Made by a program: the position numbers and the translations under genes. From Xanthomonas campestris pv. campestris str. ATCC 33913 (GTDB lineage: Bacteria > Pseudomonadota > Gammaproteobacteria > Xanthomonadales > Xanthomonadaceae), in the NCBI RefSeq assembly GCF_000007145.1, contig NC_003902.1:3506497-3538496 (forward strand): 32,000 nt of DNA, given 5' to 3'. Each line of letters opens with the position of its first letter. The first letter of the stretch is position 1. Under the pieces are notes generated by a model that did not search any database, was not told where the DNA came from, and worked only from the letters and a program-made list of their open reading frames with translations. This document shows, piece after piece, positions 19,850 to 28,152 of the stretch.

Positions 19850-19955
19850 TGCGCGCGCGCAGCAGCCTGAGTGCCTCCTCCCGGCTGTCGCAGCCGGCTA
19901 GACTGGAATGGGAGACGCTTGCAGGCGATACTTCCCTCATGGAGAGAAAGAGCCA

Positions 19956-21134
19956 ATGAAGGGCGAACAAGTTGTAGGTGTACAACCCTCAGTGATGCGT
20001 TGGGCACGCGAAAGCATCGGCATGTCGATAGCCGATGTCGCAGCACGCCTTAAGAAAGGTGAGGGGGAAGTTGCAGCATGGGAATCCGGGGCGGAGGCCC
20101 CCACCTACCCACAGCTAGAAAGGCTCGCGTACGAGGTCTATAAACGGCCGCTAGCTGTGTTCTTTCTCCCGGCGCCGCCCGCTGAAGCTTCTCCTCGTCA
20201 AGAGTTCCGTACGCTCCCAGCGGAAGAGCTCGCAAATTTGTCCCGCGATACCTACCTACATCTTCGAAAAGCCCGCGCGTATCAGCTAGGCCTCGAAGAG
20301 CTGTACGCAGGCGTAAACCCTGCTGCAATAAAGGCGTGGCGTGCTGTTCAACTCAGCACTGGCGATGACGTCGTACGCAAAGCAGCCGCTATCCGCCTTA
20401 TGTTGGGCATCACCTCAGAGGTCCAGGCTGGCTGGGGAACTGATGATGAGGCGCTACGCTCATGGAGGGCAGCCGTCGAACGCGTCGGCCCATTCGTTTT
20501 CAAAGAAAGCTTTAAGCAGGAAACCATCTCTGGATTTTGCCTAAGAGATAGCGAATTCCCTGTTATTTACCTCAACAACAGCACCACGAAGACCCGACAG
20601 ATCTTCTCGCTGTTGCATGAGTTCGCGCATGTGCTATTCGATGTCAACGGAATTTCTAAGTTCGACATTAGCTATGCGAATGAGCTCCCTCAACGCGAAC
20701 GTGCCATCGAAATTTTTTGCAATGCGATCGCGGCCGAGGTTTTAATACCGGGTGCAGAATTTGATGCAGCCACGACTGACCTCGCAATCATTGCGGATTA
20801 TGCGCCTGACATATATTTCTCTCGACTCGCCCGACGCTTTGGGGTGAGTCGGGAAGTGGTGCTGCGTCGCTTTCTGGATAGAGGACGTGCTACGCGTCAG
20901 TTCTATGAGGAAAAAGCTGACGAATGGAATCAGCAACGTCAAAAAGAATCTAGTGGCGGCGGGAGTTGGTACGCAAATCAAGGCTCATACTTGAGCGATG
21001 GGATGCTCAGAGAGGTGTTTGGCCGCCGTCTACGCGGCCAAATTTCGCCAGAAAAGGCTGCTGATTACCTTGGAGTAAAGCCTGGCACATTGCCTGGTCT
21101 GGAGGAATTGGTCCTGCATAGGAAGCGCAACTGA
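19956..21134 (+). CDS. XRE-family HTH fused to an ImmA/IrrE (COG2856, M78-like) zinc metallopeptidase domain
   Basis: 392 aa from ATG 19956, with GGAGA upstream. N-terminal HTH (IGMSIADVAARLKKGEGEVAAWESG), HExxH motif HEFAH (nt 20616-20630) and a downstream AAEVLIP. GC is lower than the flanks (hand counts of 55% and 45% in two 60-nt samples). Confidence 0.8.
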   Translation: MKGEQVVGVQPSVMRWARESIGMSIADVAARLKKGEGEVAAWESGAEAPTYPQLERLAYEVYKRPLAVFFLPAPPAEASPRQEFRTLPAEELANLSRDTYLHLRKARAYQLGLEELYAGVNPAAIKAWRAVQLSTGDDVVRKAAAIRLMLGITSEVQAGWGTDDEALRSWRAAVERVGPFVFKESFKQETISGFCLRDSEFPVIYLNNSTTKTRQIFSLLHEFAHVLFDVNGISKFDISYANELPQRERAIEIFCNAIAAEVLIPGAEFDAATTDLAIIADYAPDIYFSRLARRFGVSREVVLRRFLDRGRATRQFYEEKADEWNQQRQKESSGGGSWYANQGSYLSDGMLREVFGRRLRGQISPEKAADYLGVKPGTLPGLEELVLHRKRN

Positions 21135-21601
21135 TGTACGTGTTCGACACTGGGCCGTTTAGCCGTCTTAAGCATTACTATCCCGCTGTTTTTCATAGCT
21201 TCTGGGCACACATGGATGCCCTCGTTCACGGTGGCTACCTTCTATCCACGCGGGAGGTTAAGCGTGAGCTAGACAACGGCGAGCCGAATGCGGTGGTTAG
21301 TGCCTGGATAGGTCAGCATGCCGGACTTTTCAGCATGCCTAGTGCAGGAGAGATGCAGCTGGTTGCGCAGATACTGGCGATACCGCACTTTCAGTCGATC
21401 ATCGGCGAACGTCAGCGCCTGAAAGGAACCCCAGTCGCCGATCCATTTGTGATTGCTGCCGCTCAAGTAAGAGGCTTCGCTGTAGTCACGACCGAGGTGT
21501 ACAAGCCACAGGCGGCAAAAGTTCCCATCATCTGCCAACACTTCAATGTGCGATGTATTGACCTTGAGCAGTTCATGGCCGAACAGAAGATGACCTACTA
21601 G
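21134..21601 (+). CDS. DUF4411-like PIN-fold protein (putative nuclease/toxin partner)
   Basis: 155 aa. Its start overlaps the upstream stop (TGATG). The pattern MYVFD...FW...S..EVKREL...VADPFVIAAA...VVTTEV...KVPIICQHF..RCI matches my memory of DUF4411/PIN-like proteins, including the conserved acidic residues. Confidence 0.7.
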   Translation: MYVFDTGPFSRLKHYYPAVFHSFWAHMDALVHGGYLLSTREVKRELDNGEPNAVVSAWIGQHAGLFSMPSAGEMQLVAQILAIPHFQSIIGERQRLKGTPVADPFVIAAAQVRGFAVVTTEVYKPQAAKVPIICQHFNVRCIDLEQFMAEQKMTY

Positions 21602-21632
21602 GACGGCATCGCGTCCCAGTAGGTGAATTTTC

Positions 21633-22337
21633 CTAAGCCAATCGGGTCCGTGCGACATCTGAGTAGTGACTGGTCAACTCGACCCCAGTCCATCCGTACC
21701 CTTCAAGCTCAGCAGCGACCAGAGTCGTACCGCTGCCAGCAAACGGGTCAAGGATCCGGCCACCTGCTTCACAGATCCGCACCAGCTGCCTCATCAACTC
21801 GGTAGGTTTGCCAGTCAGGTGATGTTTGTCTGCCTTGCGCACCGACTCGCGGATAACACCAGGCAGCACCGGCGCACGACGATCCAGCGGCATGTTGCCC
21901 TTGCTGCCCCACACGATGTATTCGGCCTGGTTGCGGAACCTGCCCAACTGCGGCCGCACGCCCTCGGTCTTGTCCCAGACAGTGATGCCGCGCCAGGTGA
22001 AGCCGGCGATCTGCAGCGCGTCAGTGGTCAGCGGCAGCTGCCGCCAGTCGGTAAACAGCAGCACCGGCGCGCCGTCCTTGAGCACGCGCGCGCACTCGGA
22101 TAACCACAGGTGCATCCACTTCAAGTGTGAGCGTTGGTCGCGCTCGTCGCCGACAAAGTCGGCGTGCAGTTGTGCGCCGCCGCCCTGGACGTATTTCTGC
22201 GACGGTGGCTTGGCCCGCGCGGCCGCATGCAGGCCACCGCTGGCATACGGCGGATCAGTGATCAGCGCGTCGAACGAATTCGCTTCGAGCGTGGGCAGGA
22301 TGGTCAGGGCGTCGCCCTGCAGGAGCTGGTTTTTCAT
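21633..22337 (-). CDS. DNA methyltransferase, N6-adenine/N4-cytosine type (beta class)
   Basis: 234 aa. Motif IV DPPY (LITDPPYASGG) lies N-terminal to motif I (LDPFAGSGTT). No cognate nuclease gene is adjacent. Confidence 0.85.
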   Translation of the reverse strand: MKNQLLQGDALTILPTLEANSFDALITDPPYASGGLHAAARAKPPSQKYVQGGGAQLHADFVGDERDQRSHLKWMHLWLSECARVLKDGAPVLLFTDWRQLPLTTDALQIAGFTWRGITVWDKTEGVRPQLGRFRNQAEYIVWGSKGNMPLDRRAPVLPGVIRESVRKADKHHLTGKPTELMRQLVRICEAGGRILDPFAGSGTTLVAAELEGYGWTGVELTSHYSDVARTRLA

Positions 22338-22500
22338 GGTGAGAGCCTTCTTGGATTCGCTCGCGGCGATCGGAGGTGAGGCTCTCGGCCTTCAGGTGAT
22401 TGAGCGTGCCGCAACGCGGGCACTTGATCTGGATTTCATCGAAGGCGCCGGCCTTGCACAGCAGGCGGGCGCATTCGCCACAACGGAGGTTCTTGAGCAT
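22255..22500 (-). CDS. Mu Com-like zinc-finger protein
   Basis: N-terminus MLKNLRCGECARLLCKAGAFDEIQIKCPRCGTLNH matches the Com pattern (CxxC...CPRC). The ORF overlaps the methyltransferase start by 83 nt in another frame. The functional C-terminus is uncertain. Confidence 0.65.
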   Translation of the reverse strand: MLKNLRCGECARLLCKAGAFDEIQIKCPRCGTLNHLKAESLTSDRRERIQEGSHHEKPAPAGRRPDHPAHARSEFVRRADH

Positions 22501-22525
22501 TGCGTGGTCTTGCAGTGGGAAAGGA

Positions 22526-23557
22526 TTACGCGGCCGCTGGCGGCGCGTACGGGGTGAACGAGATCACCTCATCGCCCACCCAGTCGTTGATCTTCAGCAT
22601 GCGCGCCTGCAGCGGTTCGAGTTCGTTGGCGGCCCAGACGGCAGCGGCCTCACGGATCGAGCCGAAGCCGCCTGCGTTCTGCGGCACGATGCCCATGAGT
22701 TGCGGCGGGATGCGCAGCGCTGCCAGCATGTCGTCGCGGGTGATGCCCTTGATGCCGCTGAACTCATCCTTGGCCGCCACTTCGCTGACCGGGATCAGCT
22801 TCAGCCCGTCCTTGTTGCCGCCTGGCGAGTACAAGAACAGGTTGCGGAAGTTGCCCGGCCCCTTGGCGCCCTTCATGGCGTTGCGCAACGCGTCGACGTC
22901 TTCCTGGCTCTGCTGCGGGTCGGTCAGGTACAAGATGAAACCGGCGTGCGAGCCATTGTTGTAGTACTTGCGGCGAAACAGCGTGGCCGACTCGTTGAGC
23001 AGCGCCGACTGCATCGCCGGCATCCATTCGGGCAGACCGTAGAGTTCCTGATCGACATCGGCTTCGCGCAGCTGGAACACGCTGCCCGGCTCGAACACGT
23101 GTTCGTCGTGCCAGGTGCGCACTTGGAAGTACTCGCCCTCGGTGATGCCACGCCGCATGTACTTCGACAGCGGCGCAGTCAGCGACAGCGCACCGCCCAT
23201 GCGATTGCGGCGGCGCTCAAGGTAGCCATTGCCCAGCGTGATCCAGTCCAGCGACAGCTGCTCGAAGGCCTCGCGCGTCAGCAGCCGGTGCGGCTTGAAG
23301 GTGCGCGCCAGCATGTTGCGCTTGAAGATCAGCCCGGACTGCAGAAACGGATTGCTGCGCGTGGTCTTGGACAGGCCATCCAGCGCCACCGGCGGCTCGT
23401 ACCAGCGCCCGTTCTGCCAGCACTCCAGATAGTCCAACACGCCGCGCCCATCGAGCACCGGCGTCGGATCGCCAAAGGTGAACGCCTCGCTGCGTGCGGG
23501 CACTGCTGGCGCTGCAGGCGCTGCAGGCGCGGTGGCGGGCAGCTGGTCGGTCAACAT
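22526..23557 (-). CDS. Q: phage portal protein (P2 gpQ family)
   Basis: 343 aa from ATG 23557 (MLTDQLPAT...), similar in length to P2 gpQ. Its start overlaps the terminase stop (TGATG). The upstream part of track ORF 22526..24496 is a spurious extension. Confidence 0.9.
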   Translation of the reverse strand: MLTDQLPATAPAAPAAPAVPARSEAFTFGDPTPVLDGRGVLDYLECWQNGRWYEPPVALDGLSKTTRSNPFLQSGLIFKRNMLARTFKPHRLLTREAFEQLSLDWITLGNGYLERRRNRMGGALSLTAPLSKYMRRGITEGEYFQVRTWHDEHVFEPGSVFQLREADVDQELYGLPEWMPAMQSALLNESATLFRRKYYNNGSHAGFILYLTDPQQSQEDVDALRNAMKGAKGPGNFRNLFLYSPGGNKDGLKLIPVSEVAAKDEFSGIKGITRDDMLAALRIPPQLMGIVPQNAGGFGSIREAAAVWAANELEPLQARMLKINDWVGDEVISFTPYAPPAAA

Positions 23558-25320
23558 CAAGAGATCTCCATGAAGCCGGAGTTGCGCGCGGTGCGTCCTT
23601 CCAGCGGTTCGTTCTGCAGCGCGTGGAACAGTGCCCACGCCAGGTCCGCATGGCCGGTCTCTTCCGAGCGGCCAGCGGTGAAGGTGGACTGGCGGCCGCT
23701 GGCCGTCATGGTCTTGCGGATAGCCATCAACGACTGCGCCACGTCGGTCCAGCCGGCGTCGAACTCTAGCCGCCCGTTGTGGATCACATCGAACGCCTTG
23801 AGCACCAGGCGGGTCTTGACCTCGGGCGAGTAGCTGAAGGTGACCAGATTCGGGAAGAACTGCTTCACCAGCTGCGCCACGCCACTGCCCATGCCTGTGG
23901 TGTCGATGCCGATGTAGGTCACCCAGTAGCGGCGCGTGATGCGCTCGATCTCGGCCGCCTGCTTGGCGAAGTCCATGCCCCGGAACTGGATCCGCTCCAG
24001 CAGCCGGAACTTGCCGCCGGGTTGCTGCGGTGGTGCCAGCACGACCAGACCGGCGGTGTCGCCCGTCTCGGCCGGGTCGTAGCCGATCCACACCGCGCGA
24101 TCGCCGTAGGGGCGCGCGGCGAACGGCTTGTAGTCCTGGCCCCACTCGACCCAGCTGTCGACCATGCACGGCTGCAGCATCGCCAGCGGGAAGATGCTGG
24201 CGCCGTCGTCGACGAACTCGCACATCAACAAGTTGGCGAACGCGTCCGGGCTGTATTCCTCGCGCAGCTCGTCGATGTCGAACAGGTCGCAGCCACGGCG
24301 CTGGGCGTCGAGGATGTTGACGATCTGCCGCCAGGCGCGGTCCTGGCAGCGGCGCCCGCCGGCCAGTGCATCGTGCGAGACATCGACCTGGATCCGCTGC
24401 GCGGCCGGCTTGCCCTTGTTGCGGCGCTCGCCGGTCCAGAACGTGTAGGCCTCGTGCGCCATGCTCGATGGCGTACTGAAGTAGGTCTTGCGCCACTTCT
24501 TGTGCATCGCCATGCCGCTGGCGACCTTGTTCAATTCGTTGAACCCGTAGGTCCAGAAGAACTCATCGAAATAGAAATTGCCGTGGTAGCCCTGCGCGGT
24601 GCGCGCATTGGTGCCCAGGAAGAACAGCTCGGCGCCGTTAGGGAACACGATGCTATCGCCGCCGGAGAGCGTCTCGTCGATCGTCTCGCGCACGAACTGC
24701 TGCATGTAGCCGCGAAACAGATGCGCCTGCGCCTTGGAGGCGCTCAGGAAAATCTGATTGCGCCCGGTGGTGAGTGCATCGATCAGCGCCTCACGGGCGA
24801 AGTAAAACGTTGCACCGACCTGGCGCGACTTGAGGATGATGCGGGTGCGCTCATTGCTGGCCCGGTACCAGTCGCGCTGGTAATCGAAGCAGCCGTCGAT
24901 GAACGCCGTGGTCAGCTGCTCGACCTGTTCCTCAGTGAAGTCGTTGCGCTTGGGCTTCTTCTTCGGCGCGGCATTGCGATTCGCCACAGCCGGATTCAGA
25001 TCGGCCTCGTTGCCGCCGCCTTGGTAGCGCTGGATGCGCGCCTGGCGCTCCAACTGCCGATGCAGCAGATCGATTTCTTTGAAGTCGCCGCCGGACTTTT
25101 CCGGCTTCATGATCAGCACGACCAGGCGCGCTTCCAGTGCACCACCGATGCGCTCAACATTGTCTGCGCGATCCCACTCGTCACGCGACTTCCAGCTGTG
25201 TACAGTCTTCTCGTTCTCGCCGATGGCCTGCGCAATTTCGGTCACGCGCCATCCCATCCAGTACAGGAACTTGGCCTGTCTGCGGGTATCCATCGGGAGC
25301 TGGGTGGCAACGCTTTGCAT
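23557..25320 (-). CDS. P: terminase large (ATPase) subunit (P2 gpP family)
   Basis: About 587 aa. The N-terminus RRQAKFLYWMGWRVTEIAQAIGENEKTVHSWKSRDEWD parallels P2 gpP. The start is ambiguous (GTG 25341, ATG 25320 or ATG 25293). Confidence 0.9.
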   Translation of the reverse strand: MQSVATQLPMDTRRQAKFLYWMGWRVTEIAQAIGENEKTVHSWKSRDEWDRADNVERIGGALEARLVVLIMKPEKSGGDFKEIDLLHRQLERQARIQRYQGGGNEADLNPAVANRNAAPKKKPKRNDFTEEQVEQLTTAFIDGCFDYQRDWYRASNERTRIILKSRQVGATFYFAREALIDALTTGRNQIFLSASKAQAHLFRGYMQQFVRETIDETLSGGDSIVFPNGAELFFLGTNARTAQGYHGNFYFDEFFWTYGFNELNKVASGMAMHKKWRKTYFSTPSSMAHEAYTFWTGERRNKGKPAAQRIQVDVSHDALAGGRRCQDRAWRQIVNILDAQRRGCDLFDIDELREEYSPDAFANLLMCEFVDDGASIFPLAMLQPCMVDSWVEWGQDYKPFAARPYGDRAVWIGYDPAETGDTAGLVVLAPPQQPGGKFRLLERIQFRGMDFAKQAAEIERITRRYWVTYIGIDTTGMGSGVAQLVKQFFPNLVTFSYSPEVKTRLVLKAFDVIHNGRLEFDAGWTDVAQSLMAIRKTMTASGRQSTFTAGRSEETGHADLAWALFHALQNEPLEGRTARNSGFMEIS

Positions 25321-25462
25321 GCCGACCAGGGTGCAGCCCACCTCTTAATCCCGACAGTTCAATGACGCGTAATCGCCTGGTTTACACGGTGATTGCGTTG
25401 CTGCGTTGTGCGTCGCGTTTGACCATGGGTCATCGCAAACGCATCCAGCGCAGAGGACACCC

Positions 25463-26305
25463 ATGTCGGCCAAGGCCAAGAAGTTCCGTTCCAACTGGTT
25501 CCGCGTGGCCGTCGAAGGCGCCACCACCGATGGCCGCACGATTCAGCGCAGCTGGATCGACGACATGGCCGCCACCTACAACCGCGAGACCTACGGTGCG
25601 CGCATCTGGATCGAGCACATGCGCAGCCTGCTGCCGGACTCGCCGTTCCGCGCGTATGGCGATGTCACCGCCGTCAAAGCCGAAGAGGTCGAGATCGACG
25701 GAACCAAGCGCCTGGCGCTGTTTGCACAGATCGAGCCGACCGCCGACCTGATAACCATCAATAAGTCCAAGCAGAAGCTCTACACCAGCATCGAGGTGCA
25801 GGAGAAGTTCGCCAATACCGGCAAGGCGTATCTGGTCGGCCTGGCCGTGACCGATTCACCGGCCAGCCTGGGCACCTCCATGCTCAGCTTCGCTAGCCAA
25901 AACCCCGACGCCAATCCGCTGGCCGATCGTAAGCAGTCACCGGGCAACCTGTTCACCGTCGCCGAAGAAACCGCGCTGGAATTTAGCGAAGTCAGCGAAG
26001 GTCCGGTCGCCAACCTGCTGAGCCGGATCCGCACCGCGCTCAAGAGCGAGGACGCCACCAGCATCACCGCCGAGCAGTTCGCAGAGCTTGGCGAAGGCGT
26101 CGAAGAGATCGCCGAGCACGTGCGCGGCCAGGACGAACGCTTCAACCGCCTGCAGGCCGAACACGCCGAGCAGAAGACCAAGCACGAACAGCTGGCAAAC
26201 GACCTGGCACAGCTGCGCGAGTCGCTCTCGCAGCAGCCCGACCCCGCACAGCCCGCACGCCCGGTGGTCACCGGCGGCGGCGTGGCCGTGCTGACCGACT
26301 GCTGA
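25463..26305 (+). CDS. O: capsid scaffolding protein (P2 gpO family)
   Basis: 280 aa from ATG 25463, with AGAGGA upstream. FRVAVEGATTDGRTI, YTSIEVQEKFANTGKAYLVGLAVTDSPASLGT are colinear with remembered P2 gpO. Confidence 0.9.
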   Translation: MSAKAKKFRSNWFRVAVEGATTDGRTIQRSWIDDMAATYNRETYGARIWIEHMRSLLPDSPFRAYGDVTAVKAEEVEIDGTKRLALFAQIEPTADLITINKSKQKLYTSIEVQEKFANTGKAYLVGLAVTDSPASLGTSMLSFASQNPDANPLADRKQSPGNLFTVAEETALEFSEVSEGPVANLLSRIRTALKSEDATSITAEQFAELGEGVEEIAEHVRGQDERFNRLQAEHAEQKTKHEQLANDLAQLRESLSQQPDPAQPARPVVTGGGVAVLTDC

Positions 26306-26353
26306 TCCCACACCACACACACACGCCGCCAGCGCCCCACCTTCGGAGCCACC

Positions 26354-27370
26354 ATGCAAAACGCCACCCGCCTGCAGTTCAATCAGTTCGCCGAGCAGAT
26401 CGCCAAGCTCAATGGCATCACTTCCGCGTTCCATTCCTTCGCCGTCGATCCGACCGTGCAGCAGAAGCTGGAAACGCGCATGCAGGAATCCAGCGAGTTC
26501 CTGTCCAAGATCAACATCATCCCGGTGGACGAATTGTCCGGCCAAAAGGTGGGCATCGGCGTCACTGGCAGCATTGCCAGCCGCACCGACACCGGCGCCG
26601 GCAAGACCCGCACCCCGCGCAACGTCGCCGCGCTCGACAAGAACGAATACGTCGCCAAGAAGACCGACTTCGATACCGCGATTCCGTATGCGCTGCTCGA
26701 TGCGTGGGCCAAATTCCCGGACTTCCAGGCGCGCCTGCGCGATGCGATCGTCAAGCGTCAGGCACTGGACCGTCTGCAGATTGGCTTCAACGGCACGCAC
26801 GCCGCCGCCGACACCGACCGCGCCGCGTTCCCGTTGCTGGAAGACGTCAACATCGGTTGGATGCAGCAGTACCGCACCAACGCTGCCCAGCGCGTGCTGG
26901 CCAGCGGCAAGACGGCAGGCAAGATGGTCATCGGCGCCGGCGATGGTGCGGACTACCGCAACCTCGACGCACTGGTGTTCGATGTGGTGAGCAACCTGCT
27001 GGATCCGTGGCACCGCAAGGATCCGAGCCTGGTCGTGGTGCTCGGCCGCGACCTGATGCACGACAAGTATTTCCCGATGGTCAATAAGGACCAGGCGGCC
27101 AGCGAGAAGATCGCCACCGACCTGATTCTGAGCCAGCGCCGCGTCGGCGGCCTGCAGGTGGCCGAGGTGCCGTACCTGCCGGACGGCGCGCTGATGGTCA
27201 CCTCGCTGGCGAACCTGTCGATCTACTACCAGACCGGCGGCCGTCGTCGTTACATCCAGGAAGTGCCCGCCCGCGATCGCATCGAGAACTACGAGTCCTC
27301 CAACGATGCCTACGTGGTCGAAGACTACGGCCTGGGCTGCGTGGTCGAGCACATCGAGATCGAGGCCTAA
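26354..27370 (+). CDS. N: major capsid protein (P2 gpN family)
   Basis: 338 aa. MQESSEFLSKINIIPV, GIGVTGSIASRTDT, LSIYYQ and ENYESSNDAYVVEDY parallel P2 gpN. Confidence 0.92.
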   Translation: MQNATRLQFNQFAEQIAKLNGITSAFHSFAVDPTVQQKLETRMQESSEFLSKINIIPVDELSGQKVGIGVTGSIASRTDTGAGKTRTPRNVAALDKNEYVAKKTDFDTAIPYALLDAWAKFPDFQARLRDAIVKRQALDRLQIGFNGTHAAADTDRAAFPLLEDVNIGWMQQYRTNAAQRVLASGKTAGKMVIGAGDGADYRNLDALVFDVVSNLLDPWHRKDPSLVVVLGRDLMHDKYFPMVNKDQAASEKIATDLILSQRRVGGLQVAEVPYLPDGALMVTSLANLSIYYQTGGRRRYIQEVPARDRIENYESSNDAYVVEDYGLGCVVEHIEIEA

Positions 27371-27373
27371 GCC

Positions 27374-28093
27374 ATGGCTGACAGTCCCGCCAAGCGCCAC
27401 CACAGCCGCGTGCTCGCCGAGCTGGAAGCCGCCCAGCGCGCACCGCACCAGCTGATGGCCGGTGCAACGGCCTACGAGCAGCACATGGCGCAGCTGCAGA
27501 GCGATCGCCTGCGGCTGAAGCAGATCCAGTCCACCCAAGGCAAGGCTGCGCTCAAGGTGCAGCTGCTGCCGACCTACGTGCCGTATCTGGCCGGCGTGCT
27601 GGCCGGCGGCCAGGGCGCGCAGGACGAGATCGTCATGACCTGCATGGTGTGGCGCATTGATGCCGGCGACTATGCCGGCGCGCTGGAGCTGGGCGCCTAT
27701 GTGCTCAAGCACAACCTGCAGATGCCCGACCGCTTCTCCCGCACGGTCGGCTGCGTGTTGGCCGAAGAGATTGCCGAGGCGGCGCTGTCTGCACAGAAGA
27801 CCGGCCAACCGTTCGACGCGGCCGTCTTGGCCGACACAGCCACGCTGACCGCCGAGCAGGACATGCCCGACGAGGTGCGCGCCAAGCTGCACCTGGCACT
27901 GGCACGCGCATCGCTGGCGGGCATCACCGATGAGACGCCTGCCGACCAGGCGCAGCCCATCGCCGCTGCCGCTGTGGCCGACCTGCAGCGCGCCATCGCA
28001 CTGCACGGCAGCTGCGGCGGCAAGAAGGATCTGGAGCGCGCCGAGCGCCTCTTGAAGAAGTTCAGCGTTGAGCCTGCAGGCACCAACGCATAA
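27374..28093 (+). CDS. M: terminase small (endonuclease) subunit (P2 gpM family)
   Basis: 239 aa. GAQDEIVMTCMVWRIDAGDYAGALELGAYVLKH and DMPDEVRAKLH parallel P2 gpM. Confidence 0.88.
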   Translation: MADSPAKRHHSRVLAELEAAQRAPHQLMAGATAYEQHMAQLQSDRLRLKQIQSTQGKAALKVQLLPTYVPYLAGVLAGGQGAQDEIVMTCMVWRIDAGDYAGALELGAYVLKHNLQMPDRFSRTVGCVLAEEIAEAALSAQKTGQPFDAAVLADTATLTAEQDMPDEVRAKLHLALARASLAGITDETPADQAQPIAAAAVADLQRAIALHGSCGGKKDLERAERLLKKFSVEPAGTNA

Positions 28094-28152
28094 CCGAGCG
28101 TCCCCGCAACCCTCGCCGGCTCGGGGCCGATCCACAGCACACCATCGCTGCG

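Noticed and set aside
19489-19901. Track ORFs 19489..19716 and 19671..19901 as protein genes
   Set aside because: They have a TTG or weak start, no SD and implausible translations. They run through the heptamer array and the cos-like sequence, so they are more likely non-coding DNA sites.
16584-22500. Integrase, excisionase or replication genes in the att-proximal region
   Set aside because: None of the ORFs shows tyrosine recombinase or P2 A/B-like features. These genes presumably lie at the other prophage end outside the window, as in the phiCTX-type gene order.
22526-24496. 656-aa ORF suggesting a very long portal protein
   Set aside because: The N-terminal 313 residues are Arg/Pro/Gly-rich nonsense overlapping the terminase gene in another frame. 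The portal homology starts at ATG 23557, giving a P2-like 343 aa.
23779-25365. 528-aa ORF antisense to the terminase gene
   Set aside because: Shadow ORF with no motifs. The opposite strand encodes a clear gpP homologue.
25342-25462. P2 Ogr-type TGT-N12-ACA late promoter element
   Set aside because: No TGT-N12-ACA dyad is present on either strand at a plausible -55 position. Other repeats in the spacer are reported instead as a low-interest finding.
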